Assembly (NCBI GenBank): GCA_044368305.1
Contig: JBIPLS010000001.1
Location: 1 to 59,763, forward strand
Reading direction: 5' to 3'
DNA from: Pirellulales bacterium
GTDB lineage: Bacteria; Planctomycetota; Planctomycetia; Pirellulales; UBA1268
DNA: 59,763 nucleotides
A program made the translations under genes and the position numbers. The notes beneath the pieces were generated by a model, which had not been told where the DNA came from, did no database searches, and worked only from the letters and a program-made list of their open reading frames with translations. Within the stretch, counting starts at the first letter, position 1. Each line of letters begins with the position of its first letter. This document shows positions 45,810 to 55,719 of the stretch, one piece after another.

Positions 45810-45953
45810 GCGATAGACTCCTGGACGAGGTTCCGGCACTCGGCGACGGGCGTCGCGCCCGTGGCCGAATCGTCCCTGGTAGGTAGCAAGTTCGCCATGG
45901 TCGCGTCAAGCCGCGGCTCGGACGCCTGCCATCGTCCCGTGCAGGAGTCGTCG

Positions 45954-48047
45954 ATGCGCGTCGCTTCCATCCTTCGCTTGGCGGCGCTCGCCGCCGCGGT
46001 CGCCTGGTCCGCGGGTGGCGTCGCCGCCGAGCCGAAGACGACGACCGACTTCAACCGCGCCTTCGGATCCTGGCTGGAGGCGAAGCTGCGGTCGGACTTC
46101 CAGGCCCGGGGCCGCAAGGATGCCGACTGGGCGGCACGGCTCGGCGAGTTCCACAGGGCCTTCGCGGCCGGCGTCGTCGTCGATTTCACCGTGGCCGACC
46201 AGCTCGAAAAGCTGGAGCGGCTGGCGGCCGACCTGGCCGCCGCGGGCTGCGACGACCCGATCTTCCAGGTCTGTCGCGGCCGCATCGACCTGGCCCGCAA
46301 CCGCCCCAAGGAGGCGCTGGCCGCCATTCGCAGTGGCATCGTCGCGGCCCAGAAGGCCGGCTACCCGCCCGTCTACGCCCTGATGGCGACCTACTGGTCG
46401 CGGCATGCGAAGGTGCTCATCGACCCGAAGGTCACGGTCCCGAATCCGGACACGACCCTCTTCGAGATCGGCGTGGCCGCGGCCCGCGACCCGTCCTTCA
46501 CCGACGGGAACCAGACCGCCTACGTCCGCACCATGATGCCGGAGGGCGAGGCCTTCCAGGCCTTCGCCGCGCCGCGGTTCGCCCGGCCCGACAGCGGCGT
46601 CGACCCGTGGATCGCGGCGGTCGTGGTCGGCCGCGACGAGATCCGCCGGGCATGGGAGGCCCGGGGCTCGGGATCCGCCGACGAGGTCACGCCCGAGGGA
46701 TGGAAGGGCTTCCAGGAGCACCTCGCCCGGGCCCGCGAGCAGCTCACCAAGGCCCACGAGATGCACCCGGAGTTTCCCGAGGCGGCCGCCGCCATGATCA
46801 CGGTCAGCATGGGCGACGGCAGCGACGAGGAGCGGCTGTGGTTCGACCGGGCCGTCGCGGCGCAGTTCGACCACGAGCCGGCCTACCGCAGCTTGGGCCT
46901 CAACGCCCTACTGCCCAGATGGGGCGGCAGCCACGAGGAGATGCTCGAGTTCGGCCGACAGTGTCTCGACTCCGGCCGCTTCGACACGATCGTGCCGTCG
47001 ATCTTCCTGGACGCCGTGCTCGCCATCGGCGCCGAGCTGCCCGGGATTCGCGACGCCCTGGCGATGCCCGGCGTCTACGACGACTGCGTGCGGCTCTGCC
47101 GCGGCTACGTGGCGGCGAAGGCGTCCCCGCAGTACGTGCGACTGTGGCAGTCGCACCTGGCGATGCTGCAGTGGCTCACGGGCCACTACGCGGATGCCTG
47201 CGCGACCCTCGACGAGCTGCAGGACGAGCCGCTGCGACAGTCGCTCGACGTCTTCCGCGCCCGGCTCGATGACGTCGTCGGCGAGTCGCGGCTCTTCGGC
47301 GGGCCGCATGCCGAGGCGTTCGCGGCCGCCGAGGAGCTCATCGCCGCCGATCGGCTGGAGGAGGCGCGGGCCGCGTACGAGTCCCTGGCGCGGAAGGACG
47401 GCGTCCACGCCGCGGCGCGGAAAATCGTCGCCGCGCGGATCGCGACCCTGAAGACCGCCGTGGCCCTTGCCCGTTACGATTGGGTCGATCTCCAGCCGCC
47501 GGCCGACCTCGCCGGCTGGCGGGTCGTGACCGGAGACTGGAAGGCGGAGCCCGACGGCACGCTCGTCGGCACCAGCGGGGAGGGGGGCAGGCTCAAGCTG
47601 CTCTGCGAGGCGGAACTCGGCCCGGACTTGGAAGTCACGGCCGAGTGCGACCTCGTCCCGCGGCCCGCGCCGGGGAAGACCCGGGAGCGAATCACGTTCC
47701 TGCTGGCGCATGCCGCGGGCGAAGACAGGGTTCACGAGGCGATCTGCGTGCGGTTCCTCGGCCCACGGCAAGCGGTGCAAGTCGGCCACGGGGCCATCGG
47801 GGGAACGGGCCCGGCCGCCCGCTGCCAGTTCGAGGACAAGAACGCCCTGCGGATCGTGCTCTGGGACGGCAAGCTCTCCGTCTTCGTCAACGGCAAAAAG
47901 GTGTTCGACAAGCTCGAGGTGCCGGCCGAGTGGCTCGCGGGTGGCGGCCTGGGCGTCGGCGAATACGCGGGCCAGGGCCCGGCTGTCGAGCTGGGGATCC
48001 GGAAGCTGCGGGCCCGCCGACTCGACAAGGCCCCGGACGATTTCTGA
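45954..48047 (+). CDS. Secreted protein with a DUF4034-like region and a C-terminal DUF1080/LamG-like jelly-roll
   Basis: AGGAG lies 6 nt before the ATG at 45954, followed by a signal peptide. ...LLPRWGGSHEEMLEFG recalls DUF4034. The C-terminal WRVVTGDWKAEPDGTLVG ... LRIVLWDGKLSVFVNGKKVF recalls DUF1080. Confidence 0.6.
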   Translation: MRVASILRLAALAAAVAWSAGGVAAEPKTTTDFNRAFGSWLEAKLRSDFQARGRKDADWAARLGEFHRAFAAGVVVDFTVADQLEKLERLAADLAAAGCDDPIFQVCRGRIDLARNRPKEALAAIRSGIVAAQKAGYPPVYALMATYWSRHAKVLIDPKVTVPNPDTTLFEIGVAAARDPSFTDGNQTAYVRTMMPEGEAFQAFAAPRFARPDSGVDPWIAAVVVGRDEIRRAWEARGSGSADEVTPEGWKGFQEHLARAREQLTKAHEMHPEFPEAAAAMITVSMGDGSDEERLWFDRAVAAQFDHEPAYRSLGLNALLPRWGGSHEEMLEFGRQCLDSGRFDTIVPSIFLDAVLAIGAELPGIRDALAMPGVYDDCVRLCRGYVAAKASPQYVRLWQSHLAMLQWLTGHYADACATLDELQDEPLRQSLDVFRARLDDVVGESRLFGGPHAEAFAAAEELIAADRLEEARAAYESLARKDGVHAAARKIVAARIATLKTAVALARYDWVDLQPPADLAGWRVVTGDWKAEPDGTLVGTSGEGGRLKLLCEAELGPDLEVTAECDLVPRPAPGKTRERITFLLAHAAGEDRVHEAICVRFLGPRQAVQVGHGAIGGTGPAARCQFEDKNALRIVLWDGKLSVFVNGKKVFDKLEVPAEWLAGGGLGVGEYAGQGPAVELGIRKLRARRLDKAPDDF

Positions 48048-48092
48048 TCCGACCCGCCACCGTCGCGGCTTGCGGTGCAACGCGGACGCGGC

Positions 48093-48491
48093 TCACCGCG
48101 TTGTCACGCGACAGGCCCACACGCCCGTCCCCATGAATTCGGCAAGGGCGCGGGCCACGGCCGGGGAAACGGCGGTCAGGCCGTTGAGATGCAGCCGCTT
48201 TCCCTCGAAGGCGGCCAGGGCACGGGCGGCCTCGGGCGACAGCGTCTCCAGGCCGTCGAGGGACAGCGACCGTCCTTTGAACGCCGCCAACTCCTACGCC
48301 TCGGCGACCGACAGCGTGGTCAGCCCGTCGAGGACGAGATCCTCGCCCTGGAACGACGTCGCCAGCCGCCTGGCTCGCCTGGCATCGAGCCTCCGAATGC
48401 CGCTCGTGACCTGCGACTGCTCGTCGACACCGGCCGCCGCGCCCAGGAACGAGCCCATGACCACGAGGATCAACCGTGCGAGAACTGTCAT
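48093..48491 (-). pseudogene. Small secreted protein built from 24-residue Leu-rich repeats, interrupted by one in-frame TAG (48294-48296)
   Basis: Signal-like MTVLARLILVVMGSFLGAAAG. The repeat L.xF.G..L.L.GL..LS.E.A continues in the same frame across the stop: ...GLTTLSVAEA*ELAAFKGRSLSLDGLETLSPEAARALAAFEGKRLHLNGLTAVSPAVARALAEF. The stop aligns with Arg in the other units. Confidence 0.6.
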
Positions 48492-48886
48492 GGCTTCACC
48501 GGCGCCTGGTGGCGTGTGGCGGGCCGTTCGCGGTCGCCGCCGCCGGTCACGATCTCGAGCCGGACGCGGCCGATCGCTGCCGGCAGCGGACCGCGGCCCG
48601 GCCGCGCGGCACCGCCCGCCAGGGGCACGAGCCGGAGCCGGTTGCGGTCGCCTAGCATCCTGGTCACCTCCACGCGGCACGCCGCGCTCGTCGTGATCGC
48701 CGGCAACGCCGCGCCATTGAGCGTGATCGCACAGGCATCCGCGGCGTCGATCACGAGCCACACCGCATCGTCGTCCGTCAGACCCGTGGGCCGGCCGAAG
48801 CGGCGCAACCACGCCGCCGGTTCCCCGGCGGGATCGGCCTCCACCTCCCAGGCGTCGCCCAGCCCGATCGCGTGGATGCCGCTCAC
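48488..48886 (-). CDS. Small conserved-looking hypothetical protein (W..RRFGRPTGL ... V.LNG motif family)
   Basis: The GTG at 48886 overlaps the upstream TGA (GTGA). AWLRRFGRPTGLTDDDAVWLVIDAADACAITLNGAAL resembles a family I recall as common in planctomycetes. Its stop overlaps the next ATG (ATGA). Confidence 0.55.
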   Translation of the reverse strand: MSGIHAIGLGDAWEVEADPAGEPAAWLRRFGRPTGLTDDDAVWLVIDAADACAITLNGAALPAITTSAACRVEVTRMLGDRNRLRLVPLAGGAARPGRGPLPAAIGRVRLEIVTGGGDRERPATRHQAPVKP

Positions 48887-49932
48887 GGCAGCACCACGCC
48901 CCGGCCGACCGTCTCGCCGCGGAGCATCCGCCCGGCCCAGTCTCCCACCTGTTCCAGGCCGAGCACGGTGACGGGGAAGTGGTCGCGCACCCGTGGCCAG
49001 AGCGCCGCCAGACGCGGCCACAGCGACCGGCGATCCTCCGGCGTGGCCGTGGTGGCGGTGTCGATGCCGACGAGCGTCACGCCGCGGAGGATGAAGGGGT
49101 GCACGGTCGTGGGCAGGTCCACGCCCCCCGCCATGCCGATGGCCGCGACCGCGCCGCCGGTCCGCACGCCCTTGAGCACGCCCGCCAGCAGCGGCCCGCC
49201 CACGGTATCGACGACGCCGGCCCAGCGGCCGGCGGCGAGCGATTTGGCGGCGGGATCGACGATCGCCGAAGGCTCCACGATCTCGGCGGCACCGAGCGCC
49301 GCCAGGGCCGCGCGGGCCGCGGGCTTCCGCGAACAGGCGACCACCCGCCGCCCCGCGGCGGCCAGGCTCGCGACGGCGAGCATCCCCACGCCGCCGCTGG
49401 CGCCGGTCACCAGCCAGGGCTCATCGGGCCGCGCGTGCCGCGGATCGACGAGGGCCGCGAGCCGGTCGCAGGCGAGCAGCACGGTGAGACCCGCGGTGCC
49501 CATGGCCATCGCGTCGCTGGCGGCCAGGCCCGCGGGCCGCGGGAGGACGGCCGCGAGTGGCGGCCGGACCATCGTCGCGAACCCGCCATGGCGGGTCTCG
49601 CCCATGCCCAGCGCCGTGGCCACGACGGCCGCCCCGGCGGGCAGGCCGACGGCCGGCTCGAGGAGCACGCCCGCCACGTCGATCCCCGGCACGAGCGGCG
49701 AGATCCGCATCACGCCGGGTTGGGCGGCACAGGCCAATGCGTCCTTGTAGTTGAAGCCGGCCGCCTCGACGCGGATCACCGCCGCGGGCCCGCCGTCGGA
49801 AGCCGCGGCCGGGAACGGCAGGGGGGCCACACCCGCCGTCGCGGCACCGTCAGCGCCACGCACGACGAGCCAGCAACGCTCGGCGGCCGATGCTGGAGAC
49901 CCGGGCGGGGTGGTGTTTCGATCAGGCGGCAT
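48883..49932 (-). CDS. MDR-family NAD(P)H oxidoreductase, YhdH/AcuI-like
   Basis: VEAAGFNYKDALA, PLVPGIDVAGV and LVTGASGGVG; the architecture matches quinone oxidoreductase / acrylyl-CoA reductase. Confidence 0.75.
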   Translation of the reverse strand: MPPDRNTTPPGSPASAAERCWLVVRGADGAATAGVAPLPFPAAASDGGPAAVIRVEAAGFNYKDALACAAQPGVMRISPLVPGIDVAGVLLEPAVGLPAGAAVVATALGMGETRHGGFATMVRPPLAAVLPRPAGLAASDAMAMGTAGLTVLLACDRLAALVDPRHARPDEPWLVTGASGGVGMLAVASLAAAGRRVVACSRKPAARAALAALGAAEIVEPSAIVDPAAKSLAAGRWAGVVDTVGGPLLAGVLKGVRTGGAVAAIGMAGGVDLPTTVHPFILRGVTLVGIDTATTATPEDRRSLWPRLAALWPRVRDHFPVTVLGLEQVGDWAGRMLRGETVGRGVVLP

Positions 49933-50054
49933 GGCTGCTCCCTTTCGCTGCGAAAATCGTTCGAGTCACTATACTGTCGGAGTGCGGCCCGGATGACGGC
50001 CGCATGTTAGCCGACGCCAGTCGGCATCCCCCACTACAGGAGCCCGCGCGCATC

Positions 50055-50384
50055 ATGGGAAACGCCCTCGAGTTCACCGACGACAACTTCCAGAGCGACG
50101 TGCTCGGCTCCTCGGTGCCGGTGCTCGTCGACTTTTGGGCGCCGTGGTGCGGCCCGTGCCGGCTGATCGGCCCGGTGATCGAGGAATTGGCCGCCGAGAA
50201 CGCCGGCTCGTTCAAGATCGGCAAGGTGAACGTGGACGAGAACAGCCGGCTGGCGATGGCCTACAACGTGGCCAGCATTCCCACGATCATGATCTTCAGC
50301 GGCGGACGGCTGGTGCAGCAGTTCATGGGCGTGCAGCCCAAGGCGAAACTCCAGCAGGCGCTCGACGAGGCGAAGACCGCCTGA
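50055..50384 (+). CDS. trxA: Thioredoxin
   Basis: VLVDFWAPWCGPCRLIGP active site; 109 aa. Confidence 0.95.
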   Translation: MGNALEFTDDNFQSDVLGSSVPVLVDFWAPWCGPCRLIGPVIEELAAENAGSFKIGKVNVDENSRLAMAYNVASIPTIMIFSGGRLVQQFMGVQPKAKLQQALDEAKTA

Positions 50385-50390
50385 CGCGGC

Positions 50391-51905
50391 TCACGGGCCG
50401 GCGCCGACGGGCTGGAGTGCCGCGGCCGGGCGTCGGCCCGGGGCCGCGACGCCCCGCCAGCGCTCGACGATCGAGTCGTCCACGAAGCTCGCCAGATCGA
50501 CGTCGCTGCCGGGCTGGCGGAGTTTCTCCACCGCCTTGGCCTCGATCTGCCGCACCCGTTCCCGTGTGACGTCGAAGATCGTGCCCACCTCCTCGAGCGT
50601 GTAGGAATAGCCGTCGGCCAGGCCGAATCGCAGGCGGATGATCTCCCGCTCGCGGTACGACAGGCCGTCGAGGGCCCGGGCGATCGACGACCTCAGCGCC
50701 GCCTGGTTCGTGCCCTTGAGCGGGTCGTCCTCGCGCTGGTCGCGAACGAGTTCGCCCACGGCGCTGTCGTCGGAGTCGCCGAGGGGCTGATCGAGGGACA
50801 CCGGCCGACGGGACATCCGCCACACGCACTCCGCGTCGTCGAGCGAGATCCCTGCCCGGGCGGCTAACTCCTCGACCGTGGCCTCGCGGCCATGCTCCTG
50901 GAGGAAGCTGCGGGAGATGTTCCGCAGCTTGGTCATCGTGTCCACCATGTGCACCGGCACACGGATCGTCCGGCTCTGGTCGGCGATCGCCCGCGTGATC
51001 GCCTGCCGGATCCACCAGGTGGCGTAGGTCGAAAACTTGAATCCCCGGGCATGCTCGAACTTGTCCACGGCCCGCATCAGCCCGGAGTTGCCCTCCTGGA
51101 TGAGATCGAGAAAGGAGAGCCCGCGGTTGCGATACCGCTTGGCGATCGAGATCACGAGCCGGAGATTGCCCGCGGCCAGGTCCCGCTTGGCCGCGTCGTA
51201 GCGGTGCTGGAGGTCGTCGAGCCGGTCGAGCCGGCGCCGGAGCGTGTTGCGGCTCTCCCGGGTGGCGAGGAGGATCCGCCGCTGCTCGACCGCGATGCCC
51301 CGCCGGGCTGTCTCCTCGCAGTCGCGAACCTGCTCGCCGAGGGTGTCGAAGCGGGCCGCCATGGCCCGCAGCTGCTTGAGCAGCGGATAGAGACGCTGGA
51401 TCCGCAGGTGCATTTCCTCGACGAGTCGCACCGCCTTGTTCCGCTGCCGCACGAGCCGCCGCCAGGCCGCCCGGCGGCGCTCCAGCGGCGCGCTCCGCGA
51501 CATCGCCACGCGAAACAATCGGCGCTTCTCCTCCTCGATCCGCCGCAGCGTGACGAGATTGGGGGCGAGCCGCTTCAGAAGCCGCTTCTTCTCGCTCGTG
51601 TTCGTCACCGACACCTCGATGGTGCGATCGAGCCGCACGGTGCCGGCCAGCACCTTCTCCAGCAGCTGCACCGCGCCGGCGAGCACAAAATCGTTGGCCA
51701 GCATCGTGTGCCGGAACCGGCGCCGCCAACGCTCGATCTGCCGGGCGCTCGACACCTCCGACTCGCGGGTCAGCAGGGGGATGCCGCCCATCTGCAGCAG
51801 GTAGAGCCGCACCGGATCGTCGATGGCGGCGGTGGCCCTGGCCTTGCGCGGCCGGCTGGGCCGCAACGCGGCAGGGCGGGGAGGGGTGCCGACGGCGGAT
51901 CGCAT
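50391..51905 (-). CDS. rpoD: RNA polymerase sigma-70 factor, primary (RpoD/SigA) type
   Basis: Region 1.2 [21 protein letters not shown]. Region 2 [58 protein letters not shown]. Region 4 [34 protein letters not shown] lies 6 nt before the ATG at 51905. Confidence 0.88.
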   Translation of the reverse strand: MRSAVGTPPRPAALRPSRPRKARATAAIDDPVRLYLLQMGGIPLLTRESEVSSARQIERWRRRFRHTMLANDFVLAGAVQLLEKVLAGTVRLDRTIEVSVTNTSEKKRLLKRLAPNLVTLRRIEEEKRRLFRVAMSRSAPLERRRAAWRRLVRQRNKAVRLVEEMHLRIQRLYPLLKQLRAMAARFDTLGEQVRDCEETARRGIAVEQRRILLATRESRNTLRRRLDRLDDLQHRYDAAKRDLAAGNLRLVISIAKRYRNRGLSFLDLIQEGNSGLMRAVDKFEHARGFKFSTYATWWIRQAITRAIADQSRTIRVPVHMVDTMTKLRNISRSFLQEHGREATVEELAARAGISLDDAECVWRMSRRPVSLDQPLGDSDDSAVGELVRDQREDDPLKGTNQAALRSSIARALDGLSYREREIIRLRFGLADGYSYTLEEVGTIFDVTRERVRQIEAKAVEKLRQPGSDVDLASFVDDSIVERWRGVAAPGRRPAAALQPVGAGP

Positions 51906-52221
51906 GGAAGACCTCCGGGGTGGAAACGCGGCCGGTAGGCGACCGGTGCAGATCCGGTGCCGGAGCCGGAAAAGTCTGCCCGGGCCGCGATTTCCAGGGC
52001 CTTTGGGGCGGGCCACGGCCGGCGGTGTCGCCGCCCGGCCACACGGCACGCGGCGACGCGCCGTCGGGATGCAACGCCGCCCCGGCGCCGGTTCAAGAAC
52101 GCCGCCCCCGGCGCACGAAGACACCGGGGTCGGGGGCGGTGCGCCGCTATACTCCGGAAGTTCCTCCGGCACCGATCATTCCGGTCGTGAGCTGCGACCG
52201 GCGGCGGGAGCAGGGTCGAGC

Positions 52222-53796
52222 ATGAACATCGTCGTCCCCGCGATCGTCGGCCTGGTGCTGCTCGCCGGCCTGGTCACGCTCGCCTTGGGCCACAAGGGCT
52301 GGAACTTGGGGACGGTCGCCGCGGCGATCCTCACGCTCCTCGCCTCGGGCGGCTACGTCTACCTCGCCGCCCGGATCGCGGAACGCGAGCGGGCATGGAC
52401 CAAGGTGGTGCGGAAGTACGAGGCGGACGTCATCCGCGCGCGGGACGCGGAGACGGTGACGGCCGACGGCCGCCGGCAGCCGATTCCCGGCGAGAAGTCG
52501 CTTGCCGCCCTGGCCGACGAGGAGGCACGGTGGCGGCGGGTGCTGGAACGGGTCGAGACCTGGCGCGGCCGCACCTGGAAGCGATCCTCCTTCGCCCCGC
52601 CGCAGGGCGATGCCCCGGGCACGATCACGCTGCCGGAGCAGGAGGTAGCCGCAGCCGAGCCGGCCCCGGCGGCCGAGCCGGCGGAGGGCGGCCCCGCGGA
52701 CGCACCGCCGGTGGCTCCGGTGGCCGCTCCCGTCGTGCCGATCACCGCAGGCGCCGAGGTGTCGGTGTTCGACGACGCACCGCTCGAGGAAGGGGGCCGC
52801 TTCCTGGGAATCTTCCGCGTGGTGGCCGCCACCTTCGACGCGGCCGCGAAGCGGACGACGCTCCAGGTCGTGCCAGCGACGCCGCCGGATCAGCGGGATC
52901 GCGGTGCCTGGTCGAAGACGTACGACGCGGTGACGGTCTTCGAGGATCCGCCCGTCGATCGCTGGATGGCCTTCCACCGGATGCCGCAGCGGATGGATGG
53001 CGACGCCCTTCCCGACCCCGCCAAGGCGCCGCCCGAGCGGCTCCTCGATCAACTGGAGCGGCTGGAGGCCGATCTCGAGCGGCACGGCACCGAGGTCGAA
53101 GGCGAGCCGGCGGAGATCGCGGCCCGGCTCGCGGCCGATCAGGTGACGCCGGGCCGCTACTGGGCGGTGGTCGAGTTCACCGCCGCCCGGGACTTGGAGC
53201 CGGCCGTCGTCAAGCGGATCACCGACCTGCTGGCGCCCGACTTCGACGATGCCATGGTGAGGAAGTCGTTCGAGCCGGGCGACGTGGCCGAGTTCGACCT
53301 GCAGTCGGCGTTGGCCCTCGGCGGGGACGTGAAGATCGTCAAGGTCTTCGATCGCCGACCCCTCACCGACGCGTTCACGTCGCTGCGCGGCGGCACGATC
53401 GCCGGCGGGGCCGACAATCCGCTCAAGGCCGACGGCATGGCGGCCCTGCGCCGCGGCCTGGAGGCGGAGATGGCCGCGCTCGAGCGGGCGACGATGCGGC
53501 TGGAGACGGCCCGCGGCGACGTGCAGAAGCAGCACGAAGGCTTCGACGCGGAGCGACAGGCCCTGCGGGACGACCTCGGACGCTGGCTGACAGACGTGAC
53601 CGCTGCGGAACGGACGGCCGCCGCCTTCGAGAACCGGCTACAGCGAATCCAGGGCGAGCTCACCGCCGCGGAACAGGCCATCGGCGCGCTGGGCGCCGAA
53701 CTCACGGCCGGCATCGGCAGGCTGACGGCGACCATCGACGGCCAGACCCCCCCGCCGCGCGGCGGGGCGGTGCCGCCGGCCGGACGAACGCGTTGA
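52222..53796 (+). CDS. Two-TM membrane protein with a large C-terminal domain ending in a coiled coil (hypothetical)
   Basis: The N-terminus MNIVVPAIVGLVLLAGLVTLALG ... TVAAAILTLLASGGYVYLAARI gives two TM helices. A Pro/Ala linker follows. The C-terminal roughly 120 residues are heptad-like (LRRGLEAEMAALERATMRLETARGDVQKQ...). Confidence 0.6.
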   Translation: MNIVVPAIVGLVLLAGLVTLALGHKGWNLGTVAAAILTLLASGGYVYLAARIAERERAWTKVVRKYEADVIRARDAETVTADGRRQPIPGEKSLAALADEEARWRRVLERVETWRGRTWKRSSFAPPQGDAPGTITLPEQEVAAAEPAPAAEPAEGGPADAPPVAPVAAPVVPITAGAEVSVFDDAPLEEGGRFLGIFRVVAATFDAAAKRTTLQVVPATPPDQRDRGAWSKTYDAVTVFEDPPVDRWMAFHRMPQRMDGDALPDPAKAPPERLLDQLERLEADLERHGTEVEGEPAEIAARLAADQVTPGRYWAVVEFTAARDLEPAVVKRITDLLAPDFDDAMVRKSFEPGDVAEFDLQSALALGGDVKIVKVFDRRPLTDAFTSLRGGTIAGGADNPLKADGMAALRRGLEAEMAALERATMRLETARGDVQKQHEGFDAERQALRDDLGRWLTDVTAAERTAAAFENRLQRIQGELTAAEQAIGALGAELTAGIGRLTATIDGQTPPPRGGAVPPAGRTR

Positions 53797-53875
53797 TTCC
53801 GCCACCGGCGGATCGATGCCGGACCGGCTGCTACACTGCGTGCGTTCCCGTCCCGACCGCCCGCACCGCCTCCCC

Positions 53876-54568
53876 ATGAGCGACTCCACCGGCTCGCCGC
53901 CCGCGCCGCCCGCCGACCAGGCGGCCGCCATGGACCGGATGTACCGGCTCACCAGGCACGTCTACGACCTGACGCGGGCCTACTACCTGCTCGGCCGAGA
54001 CCGCATGCTCGCCCAGGTGGTCACGTCGCCGACGACCGCCACGCTGGAGGTCGGCTGCGGCACGGCCCGCAACCTCATCAAGCTCGCCCGCCGCGCGGAG
54101 CCGGGGCTGCTCTGCGGAATCGACGCCTCGGCGGAGATGCTGGAGACGGCCGCGCGGAGCATCGCCCGGGCCGGCGTGCCCGCGGCCGGCCGCGAGCCGA
54201 TCCGCCTGCGGCAGGGGCTCGCGGAGCAGCTCGACCCGGCCGCGATGTTCGGCCGCGACGCGGCGTTCGACACGGTCTTCTTCTCCTACTGCCTGTCGAT
54301 GATTCCCACCTGGCCGGGAGCGCTCGAGGCGGCGCTGGCGGCGGTGCGGCCCGGTGGACGGCTGCTGATCGTCGACTTCTGGGACCAGGCGGAGCTGCCG
54401 GGACCGTTCGCCGCCGGGCTGAAGAAGTGGCTGTCCCTGTTCCACGTCCACTACCGGCCGGAATTGCACGACGCGTTGGCCGCCCTGGGCCGCTCGGGCC
54501 GTGCCGACGTCGCCTTCGCGTCGGTGGCCCGCCGCTACGCCTACATCGCCACGATCACGAAGCGTTGA
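53876..54568 (+). CDS. Class I SAM-dependent methyltransferase, BtaB-like (lipid head-group N-methyltransferase family)
   Basis: MDRMYRLTRHVYDLTRAYYLLGRDRML, LEVGCGTARN, GGRLLIVDF and LFHVHYRPEL. As I recall it, this pattern matches diacylglycerylhomoserine N-methyltransferase BtaB. Confidence 0.55.
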   Translation: MSDSTGSPPAPPADQAAAMDRMYRLTRHVYDLTRAYYLLGRDRMLAQVVTSPTTATLEVGCGTARNLIKLARRAEPGLLCGIDASAEMLETAARSIARAGVPAAGREPIRLRQGLAEQLDPAAMFGRDAAFDTVFFSYCLSMIPTWPGALEAALAAVRPGGRLLIVDFWDQAELPGPFAAGLKKWLSLFHVHYRPELHDALAALGRSGRADVAFASVARRYAYIATITKR

Positions 54569-54575
54569 CGCCGGG

Positions 54576-55016
54576 GTGACACGCGCCGTGCCCGACGAAG
54601 ACACCGTTCCTCCACACCGCGGCCATGGCTGGACGTGGGGCGACATCAACCTCGTGCTCGACGCGGTGCTGCTCGTCGTCTTCACGGGGCTGTGTTTCGC
54701 CGCGGTGGTCGTGCGGTTCGTGTTCCCGCCGGGCCCCGGAGCCAAGGGCTGGATCCTGTGGGGGCTCGACTACGACGCCTGGGGCGGGATCCAGTTCGGC
54801 CTCCTGGCGGCGCTCGCCCTCGGCGTGCTGATCCACCTCATGTTCCATTGGTCTTGGGTCTGCAACATGCTGGCCGGACGGTTTCTGGGGAGCCGGAAAG
54901 GCCGGGTCGACGACGGCCTGCAGACGATCTACGGCGTGGGCCTGCTGATCGTGCTCCTGAACGTCGTGGGCGGCGCCGTGGCGGCGGCCGTGCTCACGAT
55001 CCGCGGTCCCGGCTGA
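54576..55016 (+). CDS. DUF4405-like membrane protein
   Basis: Three to four TM helices with His residues (LIHLMFHWSWVCNML). GTG start chosen at 54576; the start is uncertain. The 3' end overlaps the convergent gene by 23 nt. Confidence 0.45.
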   Translation: MTRAVPDEDTVPPHRGHGWTWGDINLVLDAVLLVVFTGLCFAAVVVRFVFPPGPGAKGWILWGLDYDAWGGIQFGLLAALALGVLIHLMFHWSWVCNMLAGRFLGSRKGRVDDGLQTIYGVGLLIVLLNVVGGAVAAAVLTIRGPG

Positions 55017-55719
55017 TGGTCTCGGGCGAGCAGATCAGGCAGCCGGCGGGGAGTTCGCCGGGCCACGTCAGATACCCGGCGCCCCGGGCCAGCGAGACGG
55101 CGCCGGTGAGAACCAGGCTCCACGCGGCGACGGCGTGAAGCCGGCGTCGCGCGGCGACGCCGAGGATGCCGCCGCCGAGGCCGGCGGCCACCAGTGCCGG
55201 CACGGTGCCGACCCCGAAGGCGGCCATCGTCGCGAGACCCCGGAGGACGTCGTGCGTGCTCGCGGCGAGGGCGAGCATGCCGTACAGCAGGCCGCACGGG
55301 AGCAGGCCGGTGAACAGCCCGGCCACGAACATCTCGGTCGCACCACGGGCGGTGAGCAGGGCACGAAAGCCGGCGGCGCCGGGGCAGGCGGCCGCGGTGG
55401 CCACGGCCCGCTTCGGCAGCAAGCCCGCGGCCAGGAGCCCCTGCACGACGAGGAGCATGCCGGCCGCGATCGCGAGGATGGCCGGCACGTTGACCCAGGC
55501 GGCCAGGGCCACCGCGAGCCGCAGGCCGAGAAACGCCACCGTGGCACCGAGGGCCGAGTAGGTGAAAATCCGGCCGGCCGAGTAGCAAACCTGCCGCTGC
55601 AGATTCGCCCGCCAACCCGGCGCGGCGGAGCCGATCGCGACCGCGAACGGGCCGCACATGCCGAGGCAGTGGGCCGAGCCCAGCAGGCCCGACATCACGA
55701 GCAGCGGCCACTCGATCAT
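54994..55719 (-). CDS. DsbD_2 / TauE-SafE-like membrane protein downstream of ccoI
   Basis: The ATG at 55719 overlaps the ccoI TGA (ATGA). MIEWPLLVMSGLLGSAHCLGMCGPF ... FTGLLPCGLLY gives paired Cys motifs typical of this family. Confidence 0.7.
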   Translation of the reverse strand: MIEWPLLVMSGLLGSAHCLGMCGPFAVAIGSAAPGWRANLQRQVCYSAGRIFTYSALGATVAFLGLRLAVALAAWVNVPAILAIAAGMLLVVQGLLAAGLLPKRAVATAAACPGAAGFRALLTARGATEMFVAGLFTGLLPCGLLYGMLALAASTHDVLRGLATMAAFGVGTVPALVAAGLGGGILGVAARRRLHAVAAWSLVLTGAVSLARGAGYLTWPGELPAGCLICSPETISRDRGS

